Assembly: GCF_030684315.1 (NCBI RefSeq)
Contig: NC_081383.1
Coordinates: forward strand, 4,530,761-4,594,760
Reading direction: 5' to 3'
DNA: 64,000 nt
DNA from: Stegostoma tigrinum
Lineage: Eukaryota
In this document: positions 1 to 12,599 of the stretch, piece after piece
Numbering within the stretch: position 1 is the first letter of the stretch
Layout: every line of letters begins with the position of its first letter
Notes under the pieces: generated by a model
What the model saw: the letters and a program-made list of their open reading frames with translations, nothing else
Told to the model about the DNA's origin: nothing
Databases searched by the model: none
Program-made: the position numbers and the translations under genes

Positions 1-472
1 ATAGGTAATAAATGATGGCCGAGCCAGTTATGTCCACGTCCCATTAATGAATTAAAAAAAATTAGAAACTTCTTCCCATCCAAGGGTCATGGTTCATTTA
101 GAGGAATTAGATCTTGTTTTTCTCAAAAGAAGCAATCCAACTGAATATTCTAAAAGACTAACAAGAGTTGTCATTCACTGGGATAAGCTATAGCTTGAAG
201 TGAATAATTACAATTTCTGTGCAATGAACAAAGTATTCTCTTTGAAAGTTAGGACTTTGCACAGCAAGGGGGACTTAACTTGTCATCCAGTCCTCCTTGT
301 ACTTGCCCTAAGGGGGTTTTCTCAATGCTGAACCACTGCACAAACGTGAGAGTCTTTAGTTCCAAACTTCATTATCTCTTGAGTACAGAATCTGTGTCAA
401 GTAAGTGGATAATAATTGAATCTTACTTTATTACAAATTTTAAAAAAACTATGATGAATTTAATTTATCCAG

Positions 473-656
473 AGCTCTGGCCAGCTGTCTCGAGGGCCAC
501 AGTCAATTACAACCAACCCCCGAGGAGTGCTGCACACGTTTAGCCAATCGTCTCAACTGCAGAACGCTGCTCTTGTCAGCAGGCAAAATAAGCACACCGA
601 GCGAGCTGGGAGCAAGGGTAACACCGCCACCTGGAGGAAGCAGATCAGCAACACAG
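473..656 (+). CDS. GATAD2A: GATAD2A (p66-alpha, NuRD subunit), penultimate coding exon
   Basis: Acceptor ttatccAG at 471-472, donor G|GTAG at 657. Translates [61 protein letters not shown](G), matching the recalled human C-terminal region ([34 protein letters not shown]). 184 nt, ends phase 1. Confidence 0.9.
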
Positions 657-2295
657 GTAGAACCAGAAGATATTCCATTTGTTTCTCTGTCTCTTGCTGC
701 CAGGCGTTCTCAGTCTGCATATTTACTATGTGAAACAATCTGACAGGCTTCTACTTTGCTTCAAGCTGGATGCACAGCAGGTTGCATGAACCTGTCCTGA
801 TTTTCGGTCTAACCTGTATGAGGTGGAATGCAACAATTGTTTGCATTTGCAGAGGATCTTCAAAATAGTAAAACATCCTAAGGGACTTCACAGGAGCACT
901 ATTAACCAGTGTTTGAAACTGAGCTACCAACAGCTTAAGGAAAGAAAAACACCTTACAGGGAGCAGAACGTAACAGATATATGGGGAATGAAGGTGCAGT
1001 CTTCACTTTGTGAGAGCAACGAAAGTGGGGGGGTGGTAAGGCCAGAAATTGGAGGAAGGCCCAAAGCTCTTCAAGTGAAGGACCTTACAGGTGGTGAGGG
1101 TAGGAAGGGCTATGAATGCAAAATTAAATGAGACTAACGTTGACATGGAAGGAAAAGTTGAGAATGCTGGAAATCAGCTAAGTCATAGATTTGTAATGCA
1201 CAATGAAACATTAATTAACATCCATTCTGACACCTTAGACAGAATCAGCAGCTCTGTTTAATCTGATTGTGATGACTTGCTAGAGTTGAGTTCCATGCCA
1301 CATTTGCTTGTGTGTCCCTATAATTTGTTGTCTCTTGCTTCTGTCTCCCTTGTATCCTTTGCTGACTGGTGCTACTCTTTTCTGACCTTTGTATCTTATG
1401 AAGTCTCCATATAGATTGTTCCTTCATTGGGTTAATTTATTCTTTTTTGTGGTTTTGCATGTTTTAAATGGCAAGTTTAGTGATATGATTTGTTTTTAAT
1501 GTATCGGGGATGTATGTCCGAGCTGTGTTGTGTTCTGTGGGTTCTACAAAGGGGACAGTTTTCTGTTGCACTTCCCCTACAAGTGAGACTTCCCCAGCTT
1601 GACCATAATGCAGCTATGAACTTTGTATTTCTGGGTGCTGTTTACTCAGGTTTGTAGCGTGAGTTGTATGAGGGGAATGGGTGTGGCGAAGAGTAGCTTG
1701 CTGTGGTGCTGTACTTCAAAAGGCCGGTATGCTGTATAAATCTGAGTGAAACATTGCTGTGGGCAGGTCGTCAAACATAACCGAATGCTTTTCTTTCAAA
1801 ACAATCCTGCTTTACCCAATTTGAATTAAAATTAAACTTAACAAGATTCCCAGAAAGTTGCTTTACAGATCCTCTAATCTGTAACATTGCAACTCCCACA
1901 TTAATTTTGAGTTTCCCCTCACCCAGATCTGAGAAGTGATACAGGAAGTATCATTGCTTCGTAGCTGTTTCACGCATTTTAATTTACTCCATCTGGTGCA
2001 GGCAGCTGCTTCATATTCTAATCTCGAATGCTTCAGAAAATGTACTTTGAGTACAGGATAGAGTTGAGTTTGAACTTTAAGACACCTAAAAGGGCGAAAG
2101 AATTTGTAGTGGTCAAGACTGTTAGTTGACAGGGAGACAAGGTGATGATGGAATGGGGATTGATAACGCCAGCCAATGTACCAGCTTCCAGTCAGATATA
2201 AATAATTTGGCATTGGCTCATCAGATTCTGTTAATAATTCTGAGGATGCTGTTTCTTTTGATGCAGTGGATAAGTCTTGCCAATTTCAATTTCAG

Positions 2296-2429
2296 GAGTT
2301 ACAATGGCATACGCTAGCCCGAATCTATCGATGCACAAGACAACTTCAGCTGTGGAACGTCAGCGCGAGTACCTGCTGGACATGATCCCTTCACGATCTA
2401 TCAGCCAGTCAGCCACCACATGGAAATAA
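2296..2429 (+). CDS. GATAD2A: GATAD2A last coding exon
   Basis: Acceptor tttcAG at 2294-2295, phase-compatible with the exon ending at 656. Translates (G)[43 protein letters not shown], matching the conserved GATAD2A C-terminus ([25 protein letters not shown]). Confidence 0.93.
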
Positions 2430-2747
2430 ATTGGGATGGGTTGGGGGGGGAGGGAGAGGGAGGGAGGGAGGGAATAAGCTCCAAGAGACAACCACCAAAA
2501 CCTTGCACCCCTCTTTACTTTAACATACAGTCCAACAGTCAAAGGTGTGGGGCCAATGTCAACCTAGCAACCCTGCCATTTTCCCATAGCTCTGTTCAGA
2601 TGGAATCTGGATTTCTTTACCTTTTGGACACTTCTTACACAATGTATAAGGAAAGTTACAACATGTGACTGTTAGGAATGATTATTCATTTTGTTGGATT
2701 ATAATGAAAATTGTATGGGGAAATGAGAATATTTTTTACATGCTCTT

Positions 2748-2802
2748 TGTGTGTGTGTGTGTGTGTGTGTGTTTTTGAGAGTGTGTGTGCGCGCGTGAGC
2801 GC
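2748..2802. repeat. (TG)n microsatellite followed by (TG)/(CG) alternation
   Basis: tgtgtgtg... 2748-2772, then gtgtgtgtgcgcgcgtgagcgc. Confidence 0.9.
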
Positions 2803-5800
2803 ATATAGGAGTGCGTGCCTGTATGTGTAACTGAGTGTGTGCCATTGTTTCTCGCCTCCATAGTATAAAGGACACCACCATAGGTCTCAAGTTCTACAAT
2901 AGCAGTATAGTTTTTTTTAGGGGCTTTCTCATTCTCTATCATGTCCACAAACACACTAACCCTGTCAATCAGTGTGAGGGTGAAATTGAGAAGACGGCTT
3001 TTGAGTCAGTTACAGTTGTGACAATTTGGAGCGTTGCATTTTTAGGAACAGACTTGAAATGCAGTCTGGGCAATGTTGAAGGATCACCAGTTCTTGCTGT
3101 CCAAATTATGAGGACTCTCCGATGATATAGATATATATAAATATACATATATATTTGTAACTCCCATTCTTCCACTCCTGAAGTGTCTTGCTTAATTGCT
3201 TTTAAGCAAACTCTGGATCTTTGCAGATTCCAATGACCCTCTGCACCTTGCCCACTTGCAAGCCAAGCTTTAAACAAGGGTTACCTTTTACAGCAAAAAT
3301 TCAAATTTGACTGAGAGAAGTAAGTGATTATGTGCAATGATGCTGGTGCTTTCCAGTGTGTGTTTCCTAGCTGCCCTACGACTCGCTTTGCGTCAATAGT
3401 ATGAGTAAACAAGTAACTCCTGCTCTTTCACAAATCCCAACAAACGCACATTGAACATAACTCAGTTTGTAAGCAGCATACTTAACACTGGCAATAGACG
3501 GGTAACCTAAAACACAGGTCATTTTCTGTTGCTTTGAGTGGAGAAATTATTTTGACAAGGGTTTTGTGTTTTTTTTGGAAGCTCAATATGAAGTTACTCA
3601 CTGGTGAGCAAGCTACCCTTGAATGCCATTTCCATTCTAGTCAAAGATATGACCTGAGCACTGAAATTCCTCCACTTTGCTGCAGAGACTTCAGGAGGGG
3701 AGGTCAATTTTTCTGCCCTCTTGCTCCTCCACCACCTCCATTGTGGCCCTGCTATTGTTTGAAAACCTTTGCATGGGGTAATTACTCAATTACTCCAATT
3801 AGTATCATCCTTGTGGCAGGTCTAGCTCCTATGCTCCCGATGCTGGATTTTATTATGTGCCTGGATCTTTGTTCCATAATCATTTGAGGGGCAGGGTAGA
3901 TCGTACACTGAACTTCACTAGAGGAGGAAGCTCTTGCAGTTTCTGCCAGTCCATTTGAGACAGCTGCCCTTGCCTGAATGCTGCAGTGCTCTAGTTGAAG
4001 ATGAGCCATGCGTTTACATTTGGACAGTGGCAGGGACTCAGAGGTGGGTCGAGGCTATTTGATCATGGGCACTTGCTGCTTAAAGCCAGAGCTGGGAAGA
4101 GACTGTGTGATATAGATGTGATTTTAAAAACATGGACATCCACAATGTTAAACTGTGACCAAGCATCTACACACTCTGTTTTGAGCTCCAAGAAACTGGA
4201 ATTGACAAAATGTTATTTTAACACACTTGCTTTGCTTCCAGTGCAAATAATTTCCTTTAATGTTTAGGGAGATTTTTATTCTCCCTCATTTTTTTATTTG
4301 TTGTCCAATTAGCCATTATAAAGATTTTGCCGGTTGTCCCTATTTTTCTCCTATAAATCTTACGGGCTCTCTTTTTTTGAACAAGAAATTTAATATACCA
4401 GAGTAGGGTTATTATTGTTGAGTGGAGTTGCATCATTGCAAAGTGTGGTGTTGTAATTTTCAGAAATCTAATCGGATCCTCATCATGGAAGTGGGTCAAA
4501 AGAGGATGCTTCCAATTTGATAATGTGCATAAAGGTAAGAGTTTATGCACTGTTCAGCTTCTAAGCCTAATGAAGTGCTCCCAGGGTCAAATAAGGAACA
4601 GCAGAGATCTAGTGAATGCACCACTATGCCCCACAACAGTATTTTCAGGTTCATTCCTCTTTTGATCCCAGCAGATGGAGGCACCAAGAAGTAAGTGGAA
4701 GTGCTCCCCTCTGCCTTTTTATCCGTTGTTAGGAAAAAGTTTACCAAAGTTTATGCTGCCGATGATCATTGTGATTCAGAGTGGGAAGACCCATTTGCGT
4801 GTATGGAAAAGGATAGTGGAGTTTCTGTGGGTCTATGTCATAGTGAAAGGGGCAGTGAGGAGGCTTTCACACACTGGTCGCTGCTCCAGATTGTCTTCTG
4901 TATTCTGGTTCTGTGTTACTATCAAAATGTTTTTTGCCCCCCCCTTCTTGTTTTAGACAAAACACTTGCCTGGATATTTTGTACAAATGTCTTTCAGTAT
5001 GTTTTTCTTTAGTTTGGAATGGCGGGGTTCTGCTGGGAAGGCGGGTGCGTCACTGGCAAGTTAATCCATTTTGTAATATATTGCGTGGAGCTGAATAATT
5101 GAAAGTTCTCTCGGAGACTCAGGTTCTCTGTTGCAATGTACATAACTGAAGTTTTTTTTGTTGCGGAAGTTTGAATTTGTTGCGATCTTTATTGGATCTT
5201 TGCGCAGTTTGACGTTTACCATTCAGGCTGGATTGTAGACAGAGAGTCGGAGCAGAAAATGGCCCCAACTCTAATCCACCTGGAGATTCGGTTAGACCGT
5301 GTGATGGCGCTTTTTTTAATTGTCCCCAACACACTCTTCCTCTTCAGTCCTCACTGCCCAAAATGCTTTCTCGGTAGAGTTGAGCTTTGCTGACTCTGCT
5401 AATAACCCATTAAACCAGTAGAAGAGGCACTTCTGTCCTTGAGTTGGTTCCACGGTCCTCACTCCACTTCCTCCCCTAGCTGTTTACATATTGAAGTTGG
5501 TTGCAACCTACTTGTTTTGGAGAGCCAACTTCAATGTATTACGTCTATACAATGCTTTACAAATGGCAAACTGTGCCCTATGTCTTTTGTGCTCTCTCGC
5601 TGTCTCACTCTCTTGCTCATGTTTCCTCGCTCTCTCTATCTCTGATGAGTAAACCCTTAAATCTAGGATTGAGGATAGAAGGCAAAAATGTGCTTCATGA
5701 TGGAGTGGGTTGATAGCTTCAACTTGTCCACCATCCCATATTGGGACCCCCCCCCTTCCTGCTCCTCTTTCCCCCTTCTCTAGGAAGGAAAGGGAAGGAG

Positions 5801-5976
5801 ATGCAGGTGCAAGGCTGTGATGTCTGGAACCTGGGCTCAAACTGAGCCCAATTTGGGATGGAAGTTGTCTCTTGTCCACTGGCTCTTATGTTAGTTTGGG
5901 GGCATGCTCAATCATTGTAGTTCCCTGTGGGAATAGCTCCCCCCCACCCCTCCTCTTTCAACCCCCGCCTGCCCCC

Positions 5977-6002
5977 CACACACACGCGCGCGCACACACA
6001 CA
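5977..6002. repeat. (CA)n(CG)n(CA)n alternating purine-pyrimidine repeat
   Basis: cacacacacgcgcgcgcacacacaca. Confidence 0.85.
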
Positions 6003-7368
6003 AAACAATGTGTTTGGTTCCAGTAGGGTCATTGTATTTGTTTTTGTTTTTGTGGGGAGAAGGACAAGTAGCCATGTTTGACAATACTTTTATATTCTGA
6101 AGGAAATGTAGATCATTGAGCCTCTTTCAAATGATTAGTAACAAATTGATACCAAATAAAGTGCCCAGCTTCACTGCAAAAGCGTTTGGGTTGCAAGATG
6201 ATCGGAAACCGACAACAACCATCTTCCTCTTCAGGCCCCATTCCTATTCTCTTTATCCCTTCCTGCCCAAAAACTAGTTGGAGGAAAGCAGGGGGAAGCA
6301 GGAAAAGAGCAACTGACAGTTAAGTTTCTAGAATGAATGCAAACGTCCCAGAAACCTCAAGCACATATTGTCTGTAAGCAGAAACTGTTTTCACGTGGGA
6401 GCAACTATATATGTGGAAATTACTGCAGATTTTACAGAAAACCTGCTCCGTGCTAAAGAACTTTTATCTCCACTTTGCATTGTCAGCAAATTATATTCCG
6501 GCTGACTGAAGTCACAAGAATCAATGCAGACATATTGGTTATCTTCTGGACCTTCCATTTACTGTGACTATAGCCTTTAATAGAAGTTTCAAAGAAATTG
6601 CTCGAGATGCCCATTCCCACTGAAGCTCTGCTGGGAAATTTAAATCCATGCTTGAAATGGATATTGTATATTGTATTGTGAGGGATTTTTAGCATTTGAA
6701 TGACAAATAAACAGGACAAACAGCATTGTGGCACCACTGTCTGTTCCATCATGGTGTTTGTGTTATTCTTTTTGTGCACCTCAACTCTACAATATGAGGA
6801 TATCAGTGATGAAGACGCTGCCATTTTCAGCACTTGGTGTCAAGCGCTCTCAGGTAAGCTCTACTTTGGGTGGAGAAAGTAAAATTCACTCACCAGTGTC
6901 CCATCAGAATCTCCTTGTATAGCTAAGTACAGAATAAAACTCCCTTTGCATTGGTCCCATCAAATGATGTCAGTTTAGGTGCGGAATGAAACTCATTCTA
7001 CTTTAATAAGGATTGCTCCAATATCCAACAGGTTTTGTGAAGGTTATTAAAAGGTGAAGAGGGCTGTGCAGGGATTTGGAGGGAAATTCCTGAGTTTTGG
7101 ACCCTGCTGGCTAACTGGTGGGGTGGAGAATTGTGTGGGATGAGATTGATGAAAGAGGAGGCCAGAAACAAGATGCACGTTAAAATGTGAGGTCTTGAGG
7201 GACAAGCAGCCAGCAGTCAAAGACAGAAGGCTAATTCAAACTGTTTGACTCTGAAATTTATCAAGATTTTATCTTGGTGCTAAGCAGTTAGGCCATTGCA
7301 GCCTCATGCAAGCACATTTGGAAAAATTGCTTGTGATGATGTGCAGTCTGTACGAAGGCCGTTAAATC

Positions 7369-7735
7369 GAGTCGTGGAGTCATACAGCACAGAAATAGAC
7401 TTCAATCCAAACAGTCCATGCTGACCATAATCCCAAACTAAATTAATCCCACTTGCCTGCACTTGGCCCATATCCCTCCAAACCTTCCTTATTCATGTAC
7501 TTATACAAATGTCTTTTAAACATTGTAACTTTACCCTCATCCACCACTTCCTCTGGAAGTTCATTCCACACATGAACCACTCTGTAAAAAATAAAAATTG
7601 CCCCTCATGTCTGTTTTTGAGTCTTTCTCCCCTCACTGTAAAAATATGCCTCCAGGCTTGAAATCCCCCACCCTAGGGAAAAGACAGCTACCATTCACCT
7701 TATTTATACCCCTCATGATTTTAAAAATCTCTACC
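7369..7735 (-). mobile_element. CR1 (HER1-like) LINE 3' fragment
   Basis: Shares the CR1 ORF2 end and 3' UTR seen in many other copies in this window (ccaccacttcctctgg, cccctcatgatttta). Confidence 0.75.
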
Positions 7736-8027
7736 CCAGTCTTTGTCAACACTCAACTTGTCAAGATTGACACCTATCCAGCAAGTGTGGGGCAAGGCTC
7801 AAGTTAAGCAGAAATTAGCAGGTGATTTTTGTTCCAGTTTGAGAGCCATAGTCGCAAGAACAATTTCAGGTTATTGCCACTTAATGTTTGCGAATTGATT
7901 GCCAGATTTTGTTTCCCCTCTTTCCTGAAATTAAGGTGTTGCTGGCAAGACCTGCAGCTGCTCATCTCGAACCAGCGAGCTCTAGCTTACCTCTTTGCAG
8001 TCCACCTGACGCAGGTATATCTACAGT

Positions 8028-8243
8028 ATAGAACCATAGAATCCCTACAGTGTGGAAATAGGCCATTTGGCCCAACAGGTCCACACCACCCCTCTGAAGA
8101 CCATCCCATCTGACCCATTCCCCTAACCCCACAGTTTCCATATCTGACCCACCTAAACTAAACCTCCCTGTGCGTCACAAGCAATTTAACACGGCTAATC
8201 CACCTGGCCTGTACATCTTTGGACTTTGGGAGGAAACCCGGAC
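8028..8243 (-). mobile_element. HE1-like SINE, 3' part
   Basis: atagaatccctacagtgtggaa...tttggactttgggaggaaacccgg, homologous to the fuller copies at 24737 and 25528. Confidence 0.7.
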
Positions 8244-8436
8244 AGTGGAAGGGCGCATCGTTATAATATTAAAGACTCTGCAAAGGGTTATTGACAGGTT
8301 GAGTGGGCAAAAACTTGATAGATGTAGTTTAATAGAGTGGAGTGTTAGGTCATGACTTCAATAGAATCAAAAGTCAAGACTTTTACTTAAATAGAGAGAC
8401 TCCAGAAAAGTTCAGTGCAGGGCGATTTAGAGGTTT

Positions 8437-9487
8437 GTCATAGAGATAGACGGCATGGAAACAGACTCTGTGGCCCTTCTCATCCATGCTGACCAGATAT
8501 CCTAAATAAATCTAGTCCCATTTGCTTGCATTTGGCCCATGTCCCTCTTAAACCCTTCCTTTCATTTACCCATCCAGATGCCTTTTAAATGTAATTATAC
8601 CAGCCTCCACCACCACCTCTGGCAGCTCATTCCATACACTCAGCACCCTCTGCATGAAAAGGATGCCCCTTTGATCCTTTTAAATCTTCCCCATCACCTT
8701 AAACCTATGCCCTCTAGTTTTAGACTCCCCCAACCTGGGGAAAAGATTTCAGTAACTTACCCTATCCATGCCCCTCGTGATTTTATAAACCCCTATTAGG
8801 TCACTCCTCAGCCTCAAACACTTCAGGAAAAATACCCTAGTCTATTCACTCTCTCCCGATAGCTCAAACCCTCTAATCCCGGTTACAACTTTGTAAATCT
8901 TCTCTGAATTCTTTCAAGATTCACAACATCCTTCCTAGAGCCAGGGAGATCAGAATTGCATGCAGTATTCCAACAGTGGTCTAACCAATGTCCTGTATAG
9001 CCATAACATAACCTCCCAACTCAATGCACTGCCCAACAAAGGCAAGGATGCCAAATGCTACCTTTGAGATCCAACCTACTTTCAAGGAACTATGAACCTG
9101 CACCCCAGTCTCTCTTTGTTCAGCCACACTCTCCAAATCCTTACCAGTCCTGCCTGATTTGCCTTCCCAAACTGCAGCACTTCTCATTTATCTAAATTAA
9201 ACTCCATCTGCTTTTCATTGGCCCATGTGAGGTTCCATTGTACTTTGAAGTAGCCTTTTTCACTGTCCCTTACACCTTTAAATTTGGTGTCATCTGCAAA
9301 CTTACTAACTATATGTCCTATGTTCACATCCAAATCACTTGTATAATTGACGAAAAGCTGTGGACCCAACACCAATTTATGTGGTCAGAAGCCTCCAGTC
9401 TGAAAAGCAACTCTCCACCACCACCACCCTGTGACTTGTGCCTTTGAGCCAGTTCTCTATTCCATGTGATCTAACCTTGCTAACCGG
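8437..9487 (-). mobile_element. CR1 LINE fragment (RT C-terminus and 3' UTR), degenerate
   Basis: Minus-strand ORFs with VLGPQLF and SKFADDTK (RT YADD-like motif). Confidence 0.85.
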
Positions 9488-9492
9488 TCATT

Positions 9493-10163
9493 TATAACAA
9501 AGTGTGGGGCTAGATGAACACAGCAGGCCAAGCAGCATCTTAGGAGCACAAAAGCTGACGTTTCGAGCCTAGACCCTTCAAGAGAAAAGGGGGGATGGGA
9601 GAGGGTACTGAAATAAATAGGGAGAGAGAGGGAGACAGACCAAAGATAGATAGAGGAGAAGATAGGCGGAGAGGAGAGTATGGGTGGGGAAGTAGGGAGG
9701 CAATAGGAGAGTATGGGTGGGGAAGTAGGGAGGCAATAGGTCAGTCCGGGGAGGACAGACAGGTCATGGGGACAGTGTGAGGTTAGTAGGTAGGAAACAG
9801 AGGTGCGGCTTGAGGTGGGAGGAGAGGATAGGTGAGAGGAAGAATAGGTTGGGACGAGCTGGGCTGGTTTTGGGATGCAGTGTGGGGAGGGGAGATTTTG
9901 AAGTTTGTGAAATCCACACTCCCATTCCTTCGACACACCTATGCTCGGTTTGCAATAAACAACTGCACTTCCCAGTCGTGAACCATTTTAACTCTTTCCC
10001 CCACCCCCCCCCTCGCATTCTTCAGACGACATGTCCATCATGGGCCTCCTGTGGTGCCACAATGATGCCACCTGAAGGTTGCAGGAACAGCAACTCATAT
10101 TCCGCTTGGGAACCCTGCAGCCCAAAGGTATCAATGTGGATTTCACAAGCTTCAAAATCTCCC
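9493..10163. mobile_element. Penelope-like element (Neptune type) fragment with inverted pLTR
   Basis: 9493-9918 is the reverse complement of the 3' tail seen at 26970-27370. 9930-10163 is the + strand GIY-YIG end (HFN...EQQLIFRLGTLQPKGINVDF). Confidence 0.85.
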
Positions 10164-11549
10164 TAATCTGCAATTATATCCCGTATTTGAGATCCCCCTA
10201 TGAACCCCCTCAGATTATTTTTGTTTCAATAAAACCACCCTTCATTCTTCCAGATTCTAGTGAATGAAGATCTAACAAGGAGATACTCATTTAAAATACC
10301 AGTGAAGGAATTCCTTCTGTAAAACAGTAGTGAAAATTTGAAATTCTCAACTCTAGGGTGTTATGGATGCTTAATCATTTGAAGTTCTTAGAGGTAGATA
10401 CAGTTTTGAAATACCCGGAGGTTGAGGACTATGTTGAATGAGTTGGAACGGGGGAGTTAATGCCTGCAGTAGTCTGGGGCTGAATGACCTCCTAGTTCTT
10501 GTTTTTTGAAGAGATAAGATTGAGATATGTAGTACATGGCTAGAATCCAAGGATGGGGTGAGAATTTGATTTTGAGGGATGTGGTGAGTTGGTAGGATTA
10601 ATGATGGTAATGACAAACATGGGTTGGCAGAGACTGATTAGGGTGAAAAAAAAAGACCCCTTCGGGACAAAACATGTTTTTAGTCTTGAAGGCAGCAAGA
10701 CTGTTACCTTGGCTCAGATTCATGGGTACTAAACTGATCCAGCTTCATCTACAACACATCAGAACACTTCTGGGCAAAAAAATGGGTTAATCTCCTTTAG
10801 CCCAGGTTAACCAACACCAATCTCACTTCCCCGAAAAGATGAACCGCATCCTTCACCGTTGGCGAGATCACCAGTTGGAAGATGAGAATTTGTCATCACA
10901 CTTTAATTTTTGAGAGGTAGTGCCACACAAAAGAGAGGCCCAAAAAAAGGCACTCTGTGTGACATCACCAGCTTACCAACACTGAAAATCCCATTCTGAC
11001 CTCACCCACATGGCAACAAGTTCATTTATGTCTCGCCCTGGGGTCCAGCCCCTTTGTGTGTGCGTCTGCCTTTTCCACTTACAATTATGCTGAATTTATT
11101 TTTTTCTCACCAAGCCTAAGATGTTTTCCCACCTCCTGAATGTCCTGCTGTCAATGGCTGAGCTTCCAGTTTAGCTAGAAGCTGTACACTAGCTGTGTGC
11201 AACCTTGAGCCTTTGAGAAACAGGCAGAATAAGTAAGACTTTGCACTGGTCACAGCTGGAAGTCGGTTGAGCACTCAGCAAATGGGATCTTGAAAGGTAT
11301 GCCAACAACACTGAAGATGCAATCGTGGGTTGAGTCTGAATGACAGGCAACTGTTGGGAGCAGCAGTTGCGGACTGAAAGGCTGACTGTTTTTAAAGTAC
11401 GTCTAGTAGCAAATATATTGTCATTGTGCCATTTTGTTTTTGACCTTAATAAGGTAAGGATGGGGCATTTTAATTTTGCACACCCAATGTCAACAGCATT
11501 TAAATACCAAAAGAAACAGAAAGAAATCTTCCACTAAACTGACCACCAT

Positions 11550-11725
11550 AAACTCTCCTGTAATAGGGACAGCATGGGCTTAAATCCAGAGTAAAGCTCC
11601 TTCTACTTTTTTAAACTGAAGGTAACGTTCCCATGACACTCTCCATCAAACACTCCCAGGATAGGTACAGCTCAGGGTTAGGTCCAGAGTAAAGGTCACT
11701 CTACACTGTTCCCGTCAAACACAGG
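11550..11725 (+). repeat. Degenerate ~70-bp minisatellite (cagagtaaagctcc...ccatcaaacactcccagg); related units at about 6870-7000
   Basis: Repeated ccagagtaaag and tcaaacac motifs at similar spacing. Confidence 0.55.
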
Positions 11726-12355
11726 GCTATGTGCATCCCACCAGTTCAGGCTGGATCCAAAAGTCCTTGACACAGCCACACCACTGCATCTTTTCATGTA
11801 CATGAATATGCAAATTAATTTGCCCCTTTGCTCATCAGACAAGAGCCAGGACTAAAAAATGAAATTATGAGACAAGTTGTGTAGGCTAGAACTTGAGTAG
11901 AAGAGTGAGGGGTAATAATGATGTTTAAGACAATGTTTTAAAACTGTGTACCTGGAATGAGGGCATTGATGGCAGGACCAGCATTTGCTCCTTATCCTAA
12001 TTTTCTGTTGAAAACCTGGTGGTGAGCTATCTTCTTGAACTGCTGTCTGTAGTGGAGGATCAGCTACGGATCACTGTCAGTTAGAGTTGGTCGATTTGAT
12101 GGAAATAAACTTAAATGCAATGGTCATGACCTTAAAATTAAAGGTAGGTATTTCAAGAGTGATGTCAGGAAGGAAAATGTCACAAGATTTTTGTTAGATG
12201 ACAATATTCGGGAATTGAGTATCAAAAAGTACAGTTGAAGGTAAAATACAGATTATGCATGATCAAATTAAACAGTAAGCTTTAGACTAATTGCCTCAGC
12301 TTGTTCCCATTTCCTACACTACCAATTATGTGCATGAAGAAAAATATTTGGTATC

Positions 12356-12599
12356 TGATATAACTCCATGAAGGCTGGCATCCTGCCACCAAGTCACCCT
12401 GCATATGCATATGCATATGCTAATGCTAATACACAACGCTGACTCAGCTCCCTCAGAGCCAACACCCAGAGTGAACAGAACCCTGACACTCCTGTTTATG
12501 TCTGTCAACCAGGGCTGCCTGATTGGGGCTGTTAACTTAGTCCAATCAGGAAACTCATTCTATCAGATCCACCTGGCTGATGATGTTCCAATCATTGCA
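12356..12599. mobile_element. Solo LTR (244 bp, Gypsy-like)
   Basis: Begins TG, ends CA, flanked by a 5-bp direct repeat GTATC (12351-12355 and 12600-12604). Contains an internal (GCATAT)n microsatellite. Confidence 0.75.

Larger units (their letters stand above)
2430..6180 (+). other. GATAD2A: Probable long 3' UTR of GATAD2A
   Basis: About 3.7 kb with no recognisable TE, U-rich tracts, a Pumilio-type TGTACATA (5137-5144), and AATAAA at 6155-6160. The 3' end is inferred. Confidence 0.55.

Noticed and set aside
2781-6002. Long-range pairing between GTGTGTGTGCGCGCG (2781) and CGCGCGCACACACAC (about 5987)
   Set aside because: Only about 15 nt of low-complexity complementarity, which is common between microsatellites.
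6700-6860. Exon-like segment ending in a strong donor CAG|GTAAGC
   Set aside because: No convincing acceptor or protein similarity, and it lies beyond the GATAD2A stop; one consensus donor is expected by chance.
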